From: an uncultured delta proteobacterium
GTDB taxonomy: Bacteria; Myxococcota; Myxococcia; Myxococcales; Myxococcaceae
Reading direction: 5' to 3'
DNA length: 64,000 nucleotides
NCBI GenBank assembly: GCA_963776345.1
Contig: CAVZMH010000020.1
Coordinates: forward strand, 1-64,000
Below the pieces are notes generated by a model that ran no database searches, was not told the DNA's origin, and saw nothing but the letters and a program-made list of their open reading frames with translations. The translations under genes were made by a program, and so were the position numbers. This document shows, piece by piece, positions 1 to 9,731 of the stretch; position 1 is the stretch's first letter; each line of letters begins with the position of its first letter.

Positions 1-505
1 CCTCGAGCCCGCTCGGGATCCACAGCTGCGCGCCTAGCCCCAGGCGGAACGGGCTCGTCGCGTCCCCGAGCAGCCGGGTGTCCACCCCGATCCGCACGTC
101 CGAGATCGTGTCCGGCCGCGAGCCGAGATCCACGTTCGGCGCCGTGTACTGGTACCCGCCCATCGTCCCGGAGCGGCCCTTCACCGCGAAGGGGAAGTCG
201 AATCCCACGGAGAAGCGCCAGGAATACCAGGTCAACGCCCCCGCCACCTGGCCGTACGCCGAGTCGGTGACCACCGCCAGTCCGCTGACTCGCAGCGGGG
301 CTCTCGCGTACCGCGTCGAGAACGCCAGGGCGCCCCCGAGCTCACCGTGCATGTCCAGGCTGTCCATGACGAACCAGCCCGCCCCCGGCGCCGAGGGGGA
401 GAAGCGCTCGGCGTTGAACCCCTCGACCGGCGTCTGCGCCCGCGCGCCGAGCGCACAGAGCAGGCCTCCCAGGACCCAGGCGCGCGGCGTCCTAGAATTC
501 CGCAT
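1..505 (-). CDS. Outer-membrane beta-barrel protein (myxobacterial OmpA-N-terminal-like barrel), runs off the window start
   Basis: My translation from ATG 505: MRNSRTPRAWVLGGLLCALGARAQTPVEGFNAERFSPSAPGAGWFVMDSLD...DVRIGVDTRLLG...LGLGAQLWIPSG. It has a signal peptide and amphipathic beta strands, and its start overlaps the porin stop. Absent from the ORF track. Confidence 0.65.
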   Translation of the reverse strand, partial: MRNSRTPRAWVLGGLLCALGARAQTPVEGFNAERFSPSAPGAGWFVMDSLDMHGELGGALAFSTRYARAPLRVSGLAVVTDSAYGQVAGALTWYSWRFSVGFDFPFAVKGRSGTMGGYQYTAPNVDLGSRPDTISDVRIGVDTRLLGDATSPFRLGLGAQLWIPSGLE

Positions 506-1985
506 GGACCTTCGCTCCCAGGACCGTCACCGGCCCGCCGCGATCGGCGTTGTACGCGGGGTTCCAGATCAGCTGGACATCCCCGGCGAGCCAGATCGCC
601 TTGAACAGATTGACGCTGTAGAAGACCTCGAACACGCCCTCCGTCGCCTGTCGCAAGGCGCCGTCCCCGATGAACCCGTCGATGCCCCCGAGCGCCAGGT
701 AGCGGGCGTGGCTCGAGGAGATCCAGCTCAGCCCGAGCCCGACGCCCGTCACGTCGAACGGCCGGCCCCACAGCGAGCCCTTCGCCACCGCTCCGAACGA
801 CAGCGACCGGTCGGCGGCGTTGAACGCGTCCACCTCGGACTGGCCATCCGAGTACATCGCCCGCAGGAACACGCCGATGTCCCTCGCCACGAACTGCTCG
901 ACGTCGATCCCGATGCCGACCTTGACGTTGTCCTTGCGCGCCCAGCACAGGTCGGGCGCGCCCGCGTTCTGCGAGCCGTAGCTGAAGCCCGTGCACGCCG
1001 CGGCGTTCTTCCCCGGGTCCGCCTGGAACACCGCCACCGCGTCGTCGAACGACCCGGTGAAGACCCGGTTCCGGTACCCGAGGATCCGCACCGCTCCGGG
1101 CAGACCGAAGAGCAAATGGTCGTGCTCGATCTCCAGCTGGTCCCCGAAGTACTGCCACAGCCTGAAATCCACCGGCAGCTGGTTCGGGTTCTGTGGCGGC
1201 GTCACGTGCGCGAACCGCACCGCCCAGTCGTCCCAGTACATCTCCACCGCCGCGCCGTACGAGTACCCGCGCGCATCCGAGGTGAAGTCCCACGCCGCGT
1301 GGGTCATGAACGCCATGTTGAAGAAGGTCTGGCGCGGATCCCCCGTCACCCCGTTCTTGTCCATCACGTCCAGGACGCTGAAGTTCCCCGCGGTGATGAC
1401 GATGCGCCGGCTGTCCACCGTCGTCCCGAGCTGCATCGGGTCGGAGGACTTCTTCACCGGCTCGCCCCCGAGCCCGAGAGTCTGCTTGAGGTACAGCCGT
1501 GCCTTGTAAATCTGAGGGGTCTCCGACCCCCCCTTCTGGAGCTCGAAGTTCTGGATCGCCCCGCCCAGGCCGTGGAGGTTGGACAGCGGCCGCTCGGCGA
1601 TGACCTCGGGCACGAAGTACGCCTCGCCCCCCGACCAGAGCTTCGCTCCGAGGAACAAGGTGGCACTCCACGTGAAGCTCCGCTCCCCACCCGGCAGCAG
1701 CGAGTTCGGGCTCCCGTTCAGGTTCGTGTACGCCGGGCTGAAGGGCAGCTTCCAGCTCGAGATGTAGGTGGTCTGCCCGTAGGCGTTCCAGCGCTCGTCC
1801 TCGAGGTCGTGCAGCCCGTGCGCGGACAGCACGTTCATGACGTCGAACGCGACGTCCTCGTGCGGCGCGGGCGGAGCGGCCTGCGCCAGCGCCCGGGCCC
1901 CGGCGAGCGCGATGACCAGCAGCCACACCGGTGCCAGGGAGCGCGCAGCCCCGGACACCGGTCGTCGTCCACGGCCAGCGGACAC
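492..1985 (-). CDS. Carbohydrate-selective (OprB-family) / high-affinity metal-uptake-type porin
   Basis: Signal peptide, WDFTSDARGYSYG motif, YLALGGIDGFIGDG, EVFYS..., NPAYNADRG and a C-terminal Phe (HAEF). Start codon uncertain. Confidence 0.75.
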   Translation of the reverse strand: MSAGRGRRPVSGAARSLAPVWLLVIALAGARALAQAAPPAPHEDVAFDVMNVLSAHGLHDLEDERWNAYGQTTYISSWKLPFSPAYTNLNGSPNSLLPGGERSFTWSATLFLGAKLWSGGEAYFVPEVIAERPLSNLHGLGGAIQNFELQKGGSETPQIYKARLYLKQTLGLGGEPVKKSSDPMQLGTTVDSRRIVITAGNFSVLDVMDKNGVTGDPRQTFFNMAFMTHAAWDFTSDARGYSYGAAVEMYWDDWAVRFAHVTPPQNPNQLPVDFRLWQYFGDQLEIEHDHLLFGLPGAVRILGYRNRVFTGSFDDAVAVFQADPGKNAAACTGFSYGSQNAGAPDLCWARKDNVKVGIGIDVEQFVARDIGVFLRAMYSDGQSEVDAFNAADRSLSFGAVAKGSLWGRPFDVTGVGLGLSWISSSHARYLALGGIDGFIGDGALRQATEGVFEVFYSVNLFKAIWLAGDVQLIWNPAYNADRGGPVTVLGAKVHAEF

Positions 1986-2016
1986 GCGCCCCTCCCGACT
2001 CCCGCGGGAACCGGCG

Positions 2017-2046
2017 CCTGTACGGGAGATGCAACCAACCTGTCAA
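2017..2046 (-). promoter_or_regulatory. Putative sigma-70 promoter for the porin operon
   Basis: On the minus strand, TTGACA (2046-2041), an 18-nt spacer and TACAGG (2022-2017), about 30 nt upstream of the porin start. Confidence 0.4.
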
Positions 2047-2156
2047 ACGAACAGGAGACGACTTGCGCCACGCTGTGGCACGGTCCCCACCCGGGGAGGT
2101 GTCCCGCGTGAACAGCGCGCTGTGGGTCATTCAGGGCTTCCTGGGCGGGCGCTGAC

Positions 2157-2504
2157 ATGAGCCTGGCCAAGAAGCTGAATCTGAAAGCCGGGACGAAGCT
2201 CCGGGTCATCGGGAAGCCCAAGGACGTGGACCTCGGCGACGTCGCCGTGACCTCCCTGGCGAACGTCAAGGACGTCCTGGTGTTCGTCTCCAGGCTGGCC
2301 GAGATCGACACCGCCGGCGCGCCGATGCTCGAGGCGGCCCGCGCCGACCGCATCGCCTGGGCGGCCTACCCGAAGGCCGGGCAGCTCGGGACGGACCTGA
2401 ACCGCGACCTGCTGTCCAGCGCGCTGGAGAAGCGCGGCGTGCAGCCCGTCCGGCAGATCGCGCTCGATGGCGTCTGGAGCGCGCTCCGGTTCCGGCCTCG
2501 TTGA
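2157..2504 (+). CDS. Small conserved hypothetical protein (DUF3052-like)
   Basis: MSLAKKLNLK...WAAYPK...TDLNRD...VRQIALDGVWSALRFR pattern, with good GC3 codon usage. Confidence 0.7.
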   Translation: MSLAKKLNLKAGTKLRVIGKPKDVDLGDVAVTSLANVKDVLVFVSRLAEIDTAGAPMLEAARADRIAWAAYPKAGQLGTDLNRDLLSSALEKRGVQPVRQIALDGVWSALRFRPR

Positions 2505-2591
2505 GCCAGGGCACCCGGGACTGTTCGCGGGGCCGGCTGAGCGAGGTGGCCCGCTGGACTTCTCCGGGCGGCTCGTCGACAACGTTGACCC

Positions 2592-4220
2592 ATGACGAAG
2601 CGGGAAGGCCGCAAGGAGGTCGCAGGCAGCACCCGGGTCCGTCCCGCGGCCGCCGGTCCGGGCACGGCCGCGCGTCCGGAGGAGCACGCCGAGGTCACCC
2701 TCCTCGTCCGCCGGAAGGCGCGGCGTCCCGCAGCACGCGCGCCGGCCAGGCGTCGCGGGCGTCACCTCTCGATCGAGGAGCTCGAGGTGCAGCTCGGCGC
2801 CTCTGAGCAGGACATCGCTGCGGTCGAGCACTTCGCGAGGGCGCATGACCTGACGGTGGTCCGCGTCGATGCGGGACAGAGGACCCTCGGCCTCTCCGGC
2901 ACCCTGGCCAACCTGAGCCGGGCGTTCTCCACCGAGCTCACGATGCACGAGACGCCGGCCGGCCGGTTCCGGATGCGGACGGGACCGCTGTACGTCCCGA
3001 GCGCGCTCGCCGGGATCGTCGAGGGCGTGTTCGGGCTCGACGACCGGCCCGCCGCCACGCCCAAGTTCCGGTATCCAAGCGCGAGGCCGCTCGCTGCATA
3101 CACACCCGCCCAGGTCGGCGCCGCGTACACCTTCCCGGAAGGGCTCGACGGGAGCGGCGAGTGCATCGCGCTCATCGAGCTCGGCGGCGGCTTCCGGGCC
3201 ACGGAGCTCGAGGCGTACTTCTCGCAGCTGGGGATCTCGCCCTCTCCCACGGTGACGGCCATCGGGGTGGACGGGGGGAAGAACGCGCCCACCGGCGTTC
3301 CGCAGGGGCCGGACGGCGAGGTGGTGCTGGACATCGAGATTGCCGGAGCGCTCGCGCCCGGGTCCAAGATCGCCGTGTACTTCGCGCCCAACACCGATCG
3401 CGGCTTCCTCGACGCCGTCCTCGGGGCGCTGCACGACAAGAGCCGGAGACCCTCGTTGGTCTCCATCAGCTGGGGGTCGCCGGAGTCGAACTGGACGCAG
3501 CAGGCGCTCGCCGCCTTCGACCAGGCACTCCAGGATGCGTCGCTGCTCGGAGTCACCGTGTGCTGCGCGGCGGGTGACGGCGGATCGGCCGACGGGACCT
3601 CCGACGGACTCGCCCACGCAGATTTCCCCGCCTCCAGCCCCTTTGTCCTGGCCTGCGGAGGAACGCGGCTGGAGATCGGTCAGGGCAGGAGCTCGGAGAC
3701 GGTCTGGAACAACGGGCCTGGTGGAGCGACCGGCGGGGGCGTGAGCGACGCGTTCGACCTCCCGGACTGGCAGAAGGCCGCCGGCGTCCCCGCCTCCGCC
3801 AATCCCGGGCACAGGGTGGGCCGCGGCCTTCCTGACCTCGCTGGGAACGCGGACCCCGACACGGGGTACGAGATCAGCGCAGATGGACAGCAGACCTCCG
3901 TCGGAGGAACGAGCGCGGTCGCTCCGCTCCTCGCCGCGCTGGTCGCGCGCTGCAACCAGGGCCTGGGTCGTCGCGTCGGGTTTCTGAACCCGGCCCTCTA
4001 CACGGACGCGTCCGTCCGGGCGTGCTTTCGCGACATCACCGAAGGGTCGAACGGCGCATACGCCGCCGGTCCGGGGTGGGACGCATGTTCCGGCTGGGGG
4101 AGCCCCCGCGGGGATCTGCTGCTGCGGGCGCTCGGCGGAAAGACGCCGGGCCGGACCCATGCTCGCCGCGCGCGGCGTCCGGGGGCGCGCCGGACACGCA
4201 TCCGGCGCCTGCGCCGTTGA
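2592..4220 (+). CDS. S53 (sedolisin/kumamolisin) serine peptidase with pro-domain
   Basis: DGEVVLDIE (catalytic Glu/Asp), SISWG, AAGDGGS (oxyanion Asp), GGTSAVAP (catalytic Ser) and GWDACSGWGSP Ca-binding end. Confidence 0.92.
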   Translation: MTKREGRKEVAGSTRVRPAAAGPGTAARPEEHAEVTLLVRRKARRPAARAPARRRGRHLSIEELEVQLGASEQDIAAVEHFARAHDLTVVRVDAGQRTLGLSGTLANLSRAFSTELTMHETPAGRFRMRTGPLYVPSALAGIVEGVFGLDDRPAATPKFRYPSARPLAAYTPAQVGAAYTFPEGLDGSGECIALIELGGGFRATELEAYFSQLGISPSPTVTAIGVDGGKNAPTGVPQGPDGEVVLDIEIAGALAPGSKIAVYFAPNTDRGFLDAVLGALHDKSRRPSLVSISWGSPESNWTQQALAAFDQALQDASLLGVTVCCAAGDGGSADGTSDGLAHADFPASSPFVLACGGTRLEIGQGRSSETVWNNGPGGATGGGVSDAFDLPDWQKAAGVPASANPGHRVGRGLPDLAGNADPDTGYEISADGQQTSVGGTSAVAPLLAALVARCNQGLGRRVGFLNPALYTDASVRACFRDITEGSNGAYAAGPGWDACSGWGSPRGDLLLRALGGKTPGRTHARRARRPGARRTRIRRLRR

Positions 4221-4233
4221 TGCAGGCTTCGGT

Positions 4234-4965
4234 TCAGACCTCGATGACCAGCGCGGGGTTCATCGACGTGCCCGGCTCGCCCGGGTAGCCGCGCGCGTTG
4301 CAGACCACGCGCGTGTCGCCGACCCGGTAGTCGAACGAGACGTGCGTGTGCCCGTGGATCCAGAGAGGCGCGCCCGAGCGCTCGACCAGCGGGGCGGTGT
4401 CCTCCGCGACGAAGAACCGGTTGAGCGGGTCGTCCGCGTACTGGGGCGCGATGCTCCTCGGGTGCGGAGCGAAGTGGGTGATCACCACGTCGCCGGGCCG
4501 CACCGTCTTCTCGAGGAACGCGAGGTGCGCGGCGTGCGTCTCGTGCACCCAGGGGACGAAGTTCCGGATCAGCGCGAAGTCGGAGACGGAGCCGCGGTAA
4601 GCCTCCTCGTCCGGAGTGAGCGGGAACCACAGGGTGGCCCCGACGAACCGGGTCCCGCCGATCTCGGTGACCCCCGGGTCGAGCAGGTGCAGGTTCGGGA
4701 GCTCGCGCGCGCAGGCGGCGAGGGTCGCGGAGCCCCAGGCCGGGCTGGTCCGGTAGTACTCATGGTTCCCCGGCACGTAGACGATCTCGGGGAACCGCGA
4801 GCAGAACCAGCCGAAGACCTCGCGCACCCGGTCGCGCCCGCGGAGGGGCACGACGTCGCCCCCGAGCACCAGCACGTCCCCGAGCACCGGGAGCGAGCGC
4901 GCGAACGCCTCGCCGCCGTCGTCGTCGAACTCGAGGTGCAGGTCGGAAACCGGCTGGATCCTCAT
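4234..4965 (-). CDS. Calcineurin-like metallophosphoesterase
   Basis: MRIQPVSDLHLE, GGD, PGNHEYY, THFAP, HGHTH and NARGY motifs. Start is the ATG at 4965. Confidence 0.9.
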   Translation of the reverse strand: MRIQPVSDLHLEFDDDGGEAFARSLPVLGDVLVLGGDVVPLRGRDRVREVFGWFCSRFPEIVYVPGNHEYYRTSPAWGSATLAACARELPNLHLLDPGVTEIGGTRFVGATLWFPLTPDEEAYRGSVSDFALIRNFVPWVHETHAAHLAFLEKTVRPGDVVITHFAPHPRSIAPQYADDPLNRFFVAEDTAPLVERSGAPLWIHGHTHVSFDYRVGDTRVVCNARGYPGEPGTSMNPALVIEV

Positions 4966-5336
4966 GCGGTCGCTCGCGGCTTCACGCCTAGCACAAGGCG
5001 GGGGCTGAACCACGGGTGCCCTAGGACACCGTCCGGGGACGAGGCGGCCAGGATTGCGGGTGCTCCGTCTCCCGCCGGCTCGGCCCGGTGCGTCTTGCCG
5101 CGCGACGTCATCCGGCAGCGGTTCGCCACCAAGACGCAGTGTGCGGAGCAAGGGCTTCAGGTCCTTGAACTCTGCGGAAGCGCCCTCGGCGCCGGCGGGT
5201 GTGGACTCGCGGCCACGGACGTCTGCCGGGTGGTCCAGAGCCGCAGCCCTCGAGGGCGACTGCCACCGATGCAGGCAGCCAGGCGCGTTGACCTGCGCCT
5301 CCGTCGACGTGGCTCGTGCGTGGTAGTCTTCTTTCG

Positions 5337-6230
5337 ATGTTGCGCCCGCCGCGTCTGCGTCCGGGAGACCGCGTCGCAGTGGTCGCCCCCTCCTCTCCGT
5401 TCGACCGCGAGCGGTTCGACCGCGGCATGATCCGCCTTGCCGAGCGGTACGAGCTCGCGCCCCACCCGAGCCTCTTCGAGCACCAGCGCTACCTCGCCGG
5501 GTCCGACGACGTCCGCGCCGCCGCGCTCCTCGACGCCTTCTCCGACCCGGGCAACCGCGCGGTGGTCTGCGCACGCGGGGGCTCCGGCGCGGCCCGGCTC
5601 CTCCCGCGCATCGACTTCGGCCGCCTCCCGCTGAAGCCGCTGATCGGCTTCTCGGACAGCGTGGTCCTCCACGCCGCGCTCCAGGCGAGCGGGCGCATCT
5701 CGATCCACGGGCCGGTCGTCACCCAGCTCGCCGACCAGCCGCCATGGGTCTCGGACCGGCTCTTCGCCCTGCTCGAGGGCAACGTCCCCGAGCCGCTGCA
5801 GGGCAAGCCGCTCGTCCCCGGCGTCGTGGACGGCCCGCTCCTCGGCGGAAATCTGACCGTCCTGGCCACGCTCCTCGGGACGCGGTGGCTCCCGGAGATG
5901 AACGGCGCCATCCTCCTGCTCGAGGAGGTCGCCGAGCCGCCGTACCGCCTCGACCGCGTGTGGACCCACCTGCGCAACGCCGGCGTCCTCTCGCGCATCG
6001 CCGGCATCGCGCTCGGCCAGTTCCTCGACTGCGAACCCGTGGACCGCCGCTACGACCCGCACACCGCCCGCGAGGTCCTGGTCGATCTCGCCACCGAGGC
6101 CGACCTCCCCTGCATCACGGATCTCCCCATCGGCCACGGGGACGTGAACGCGCCGGTGGCCCTCGGCGCACGGCACCGGCTCGACGCACACGCCGGGACG
6201 CTGCAGCCGCTCGAGGCCGCCACGGCGTGA
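5337..6230 (+). CDS. ldcA: LD-carboxypeptidase (peptidase S66)
   Basis: LRPGDRVAVVAPSS, RGGSG, IGFSD (Ser), GGNL, LEE (Glu) and IGH (His). Confidence 0.9.
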   Translation: MLRPPRLRPGDRVAVVAPSSPFDRERFDRGMIRLAERYELAPHPSLFEHQRYLAGSDDVRAAALLDAFSDPGNRAVVCARGGSGAARLLPRIDFGRLPLKPLIGFSDSVVLHAALQASGRISIHGPVVTQLADQPPWVSDRLFALLEGNVPEPLQGKPLVPGVVDGPLLGGNLTVLATLLGTRWLPEMNGAILLLEEVAEPPYRLDRVWTHLRNAGVLSRIAGIALGQFLDCEPVDRRYDPHTAREVLVDLATEADLPCITDLPIGHGDVNAPVALGARHRLDAHAGTLQPLEAATA

Positions 6231-6520
6231 GGGACCCCCGGACTCCGCTTCTCGTCATCGCCAGCCTCGCCGTCCTCGTCTCCGCGTGCCGCGCCCGCGG
6301 CTTCGAGCCCACCGTCCGCCGGAGCATGTCCGCGGAGGCCCGGTGTCCCGAGGACAAGGTCCAGGTCAAGGGCGTCAACGGAGGCGTCTACCAGGCCGAG
6401 GCCTGCGGCAAGAGCGCGACATACGACTGCACGTGGCCCGAGGGCGGGACACGGGAATGCACCCGGCGGGGAGCGACTCCCGAGGCCAGGATGCCCGGGA
6501 CCGACTGGCGCTGGCCGTGA
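6227..6520 (+). CDS. Small Cys-rich lipoprotein
   Basis: GTG start overlaps the ldcA stop. Lipobox VSAC, then C-P-x3-V...Y-x-A-x2-C-x-K-x3-Y-x-C-x9-C. Confidence 0.7.
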   Translation: MRDPRTPLLVIASLAVLVSACRARGFEPTVRRSMSAEARCPEDKVQVKGVNGGVYQAEACGKSATYDCTWPEGGTRECTRRGATPEARMPGTDWRWP

Positions 6521-7669
6521 CGACGCGACTCGAGGCATTGCTCGAGGCAGGCGTCCGGGACGGCGTCTTCCCCGCGGCGCAGGTCTCGGTGTTCCACGAC
6601 GGCCGGGAGGTCGGGCGCGCCTCGGTCGGCGCCGGGGACGACACGCCGTTCGATCTCGCCTCCCTGACCAAGATCCTCTGCGCCGCGACCGCGTTCGTCT
6701 CGCTCTGGGCCGAGGGCAAGGTCGGCCCCTCCACGCCGGTGTCCCGGTGGATCGACGGGAGCCCGCTGGCGAAGAACGGGGCGACCCTCGGGGACCTGCT
6801 CGCCCATCGCTCGGGCCTCCCGGCGTGGGTCCCGTTCTTCGCCGTCGTCCTCCACACCGTCCCCGAGCTCCGCCGCGTCGACTGCGCCGCCTCCACCCGG
6901 CTCAGCGTGCGGAGCGAGGTCCGTGACGCCGCCGCCCGCTCGCCCCTCGACGCGGCACCGGGCACGCGGACGCTCTACAGCGACGTCGGATTCCTCCTCG
7001 CCGGCGAGATGCTGGCCGAGGCCGCCGGCGCGCCGCTCGACGCCGTGCACGCGCGCCTCTCGGAGAAGCTCGGCGTCGCCAGCCACTTCCATCGGCTCTC
7101 CACCCGCGGCCACGACGCGCACGACCCGTGCGCCGGGAAGGTGGGACGGGCTCCCGCCGACGGGTTCGGTGCGCCCGCGACCGCCGGCGCCGGGACAGGA
7201 GAGCCGCTGGGAATCGCTCCCCAGCGACCCCTCGCGCCCCGGCGAGGTGGACGACGACAACGCCTGGGTGATGGACGGCGTCTCCGGCCACGCCGGCCTC
7301 TTCGGCACCGCCACCGAGGTGGCGCGCTTCGGACAGCGCGTCCTCGAGGAGCTCGACGGGGCAGGGCGCCTGGCCCCGGCCGCGCTGTGGGAACGGGCGG
7401 TCACCCCCGCGCCGGGCAGCACCCGCGGCTTCGGCTTCGACACGCCGTCCGGCACGTCCAGCTCGGCCGGGCGTCTCATCGGACGGACGCCTCCGGGCGC
7501 CTTCGGGCACCTGGGCTACACCGGGACCAGCCTCTGGGTAGACAGGGCACGCCGGCTCAGCGTTGCGCTGCTCACCAACCGGACCGCGCACGGGCGCGAG
7601 AAGCTCGAGGTCCAGGAATTTCGCCCCGCGTTTCACGACGCGGTTCTGCAGATGCTCGGGCTGGGCTAG
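6517..7669 (+). CDS. Serine hydrolase, beta-lactamase class C / AmpH-like family; +1 frameshift near 7100-7140
   Basis: Frame 1 gives FDLASLTK (SxxK), LLAHRSGL and YSDVGF. The next frame continues GEVDDDNAW...GHAGLFG...FGHLGYTGTSLWVD...LLTNR. Confidence 0.85.
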
Positions 7670-7703
7670 ACCGGGGCCATCCCGCATTCGTCAGGAGTCG
7701 TCG

Positions 7704-7994
7704 ATGCCAGCCACAGCGCTGCGTGCCGTGTCTCCCGTTCTCGTGGTTGCCCTGGTCGCCGTCGGCCTCGCCGGATGCGCCACCGCCGCGATGAGCACCG
7801 CCGCCCGCGACACGATGGCCAAGACCAGCGGATGCCCATCCGACCAGGTCAAGGTCGAGGAGCTCGGGGGCTCGCGGTACAAGGCGAGCGGCTGCGAGAA
7901 GACCGAGATGTACATCTGCAAGGTCGCCGAGCACGCCGTGGTCTCGTGCGTGCCGGAGTCCTCGGTTCCGCCGCTCGGCGAGCCAGCGAAGTGA
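7704..7994 (+). CDS. Small Cys-rich lipoprotein, paralogue of 6227-6520
   Basis: AGGAG RBS, lipobox LAGC and the same four-Cys spacing (CPSDQVKV...YKASGCEKTEMYICK...SC). Confidence 0.75.
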   Translation: MPATALRAVSPVLVVALVAVGLAGCATAAMSTAARDTMAKTSGCPSDQVKVEELGGSRYKASGCEKTEMYICKVAEHAVVSCVPESSVPPLGEPAK

Positions 7995-8009
7995 GAACGC
8001 CGGCCGTCC

Positions 8010-9512
8010 TCAGCTGACCGACGGCGCGGGTGCCGCCGCGTCGGACTGCGGCGTCCGCGGGCGTGGGAGCCCCCAGATGCAGACCGCGAGCCCGGCGATC
8101 TGGCCCAGGAAGCTGACGATGAACTCGGTGGGCCCGGTGAGCGGCGGCACACCCATGATCAGCAGCCAGGCCACGACGAAACCGACCACCCACGACGTCC
8201 GTCCGCGGAGCTCCCCGGAGAGCACGGTGAGCAGCCAGAGCGTCGAGATCGTGACGTAGGGCGGCGCGAGCGGGCTGCGCAGGGCCCCGAGCGTCAGCAG
8301 CGCCAGCCATACGCGCGCCTCCGCCACCCGGCCCTCGGCTCTCCGGCCGGCGGCCCAGGCCAGCCAGAAGAGCAGGAACGTGAAGAGCCAGCCCAGCGTC
8401 GCGCCCACCCCGTGCGTCATCCCCGGAACGCCGAACCAGTGCAGCTTGGTCACCAGCCCGGGGATGCCGAGGTTCCGCGACACGACCAGCGCCTCGTGCT
8501 CGTAGAAGGCGAACGCCTCGCCGGTGTGGATCCGCGGGAGCTGGTAGCCGAGGAACGCCTCGAACGGCGTCCAGCCCAGGACCGCCAGCCCCACCAGCGA
8601 GAAGACCACGCAGGCGCCCAGCGTCCAGGCCACCTCTCGCCAGCGCCGCCGCGCGAGCAGGTACACCAGCAGGAAGGCCGGGAAGAGCTTGGAGACCGTC
8701 GCGACCGCGAGGAGCGCCCCTCCCGCTGCCGGCCGTCGCTCCTCGAAGCAGATCATCGCCGCGACCGAGAGCAGCAGGGTGGCCACGTGGAACTGCCCGA
8801 ACTGGAGGCCCAGGATCGTCGGCAGCGACGCGAGCAGCAGCGGGAGCAGCAGGAACGCCAGCTCTCCGTCGCGCCCGCCGATCCACCGCGCCAGCCACGC
8901 CCCGACGACGACGAGCCCCAGCGCCTGCAGCACGAACCAACCCGCGCGGATGGCCAGGAAGTCGTCGGTCACGAGCAGCGCCGCCCGCGGGAAGAGGAGG
9001 AAGGGCGGCGGGTACTCGTACGGGTCGTCCATCCACTTCTTGAGGTTGCGGATGTCTCCCGGCGCGAGCAGCCGCGCGGCGTCGCCGGCAAACGCCGGGT
9101 AGTAGCGCTCGTCGTAGAGGTTCCGCGTTCCCCGGCGGGAGAGGTCGGCCGCGACGAGGTACGCCGACAGGCAGGCGTGGTCCGCGGCGACGGGGTCCGG
9201 GACCACCGAGCCCCAGATCCGGTCCGGGTCGTCCATGAACGCCGAGAGCCGGCCGACCTGGAGCAGGGCCAGCAGAGCGCCGAGCGCCCAGAGCGCGGCC
9301 ACCACCGGGCGGCGCTGGCGAGCCCCCGAGATCGAGGTGGGGACCCAGCGCCAGACGAGCCACGCGGCGCCGGCCGCGAGGATGAGGGCGATGCCGCCTG
9401 CGACGCCCCCGAGGCGCGGGAGGGTGGGGACGACGACGGCGAGGCAGACCAGCACACCGAAGAGCCTGACCGCGCCCTGCTCGAGACCGCCGAGAGCTGG
9501 ACTCCGGGCCAT
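8010..9512 (-). CDS. GT-C membrane glycosyltransferase (GT87 / DUF2029-like)
   Basis: Many TM segments with YEYPPPFLL, GQFH and KLFPA motifs. Start uncertain (9512 or 9623). Confidence 0.8.
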   Translation of the reverse strand: MARSPALGGLEQGAVRLFGVLVCLAVVVPTLPRLGGVAGGIALILAAGAAWLVWRWVPTSISGARQRRPVVAALWALGALLALLQVGRLSAFMDDPDRIWGSVVPDPVAADHACLSAYLVAADLSRRGTRNLYDERYYPAFAGDAARLLAPGDIRNLKKWMDDPYEYPPPFLLFPRAALLVTDDFLAIRAGWFVLQALGLVVVGAWLARWIGGRDGELAFLLLPLLLASLPTILGLQFGQFHVATLLLSVAAMICFEERRPAAGGALLAVATVSKLFPAFLLVYLLARRRWREVAWTLGACVVFSLVGLAVLGWTPFEAFLGYQLPRIHTGEAFAFYEHEALVVSRNLGIPGLVTKLHWFGVPGMTHGVGATLGWLFTFLLFWLAWAAGRRAEGRVAEARVWLALLTLGALRSPLAPPYVTISTLWLLTVLSGELRGRTSWVVGFVVAWLLIMGVPPLTGPTEFIVSFLGQIAGLAVCIWGLPRPRTPQSDAAAPAPSVS

Positions 9513-9731
9513 GCAATTCCTCCCGAGACGCACGGACTCTAGCCAGGTGGCCAGCCGCGCGCCCTCAGACGCGTGGTACGGCCATCGCAGAGCGTTCACT
9601 GCGCTGGCCGTCGCAGGGCTCACATGCTCGGCGTGCTATCGTGCGCGCCGCATGGGCGGAGAAGGCACCTGGACCCGGCGGGACGTTCCCATCCCCGAGC
9701 CGGAGGACGCGAACGAGAGGCACGCGCGCCG

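Noticed and set aside
2076..2092. Sigma-54 promoter at TGGCACGG
   Set aside because: It lacks the TTGC -12 element at the required spacing.
78..2130. Long ORFs 78-2111 (+) and 232-2130 (-), and similar very long ORFs elsewhere (e.g. 39233-42895, 20800-23682, 49153-52260)
   Set aside because: They are Arg/Pro/Gly-rich shadow or antisense frames of real genes, expected in high-GC DNA, and carry no family motifs.
1986..2130. Metal or guanidine riboswitch upstream of the porin
   Set aside because: Small hairpins exist, but I could not match the conserved cores of yybP-ykoY, NiCo or ykkC. A promoter explains the AT-rich part.
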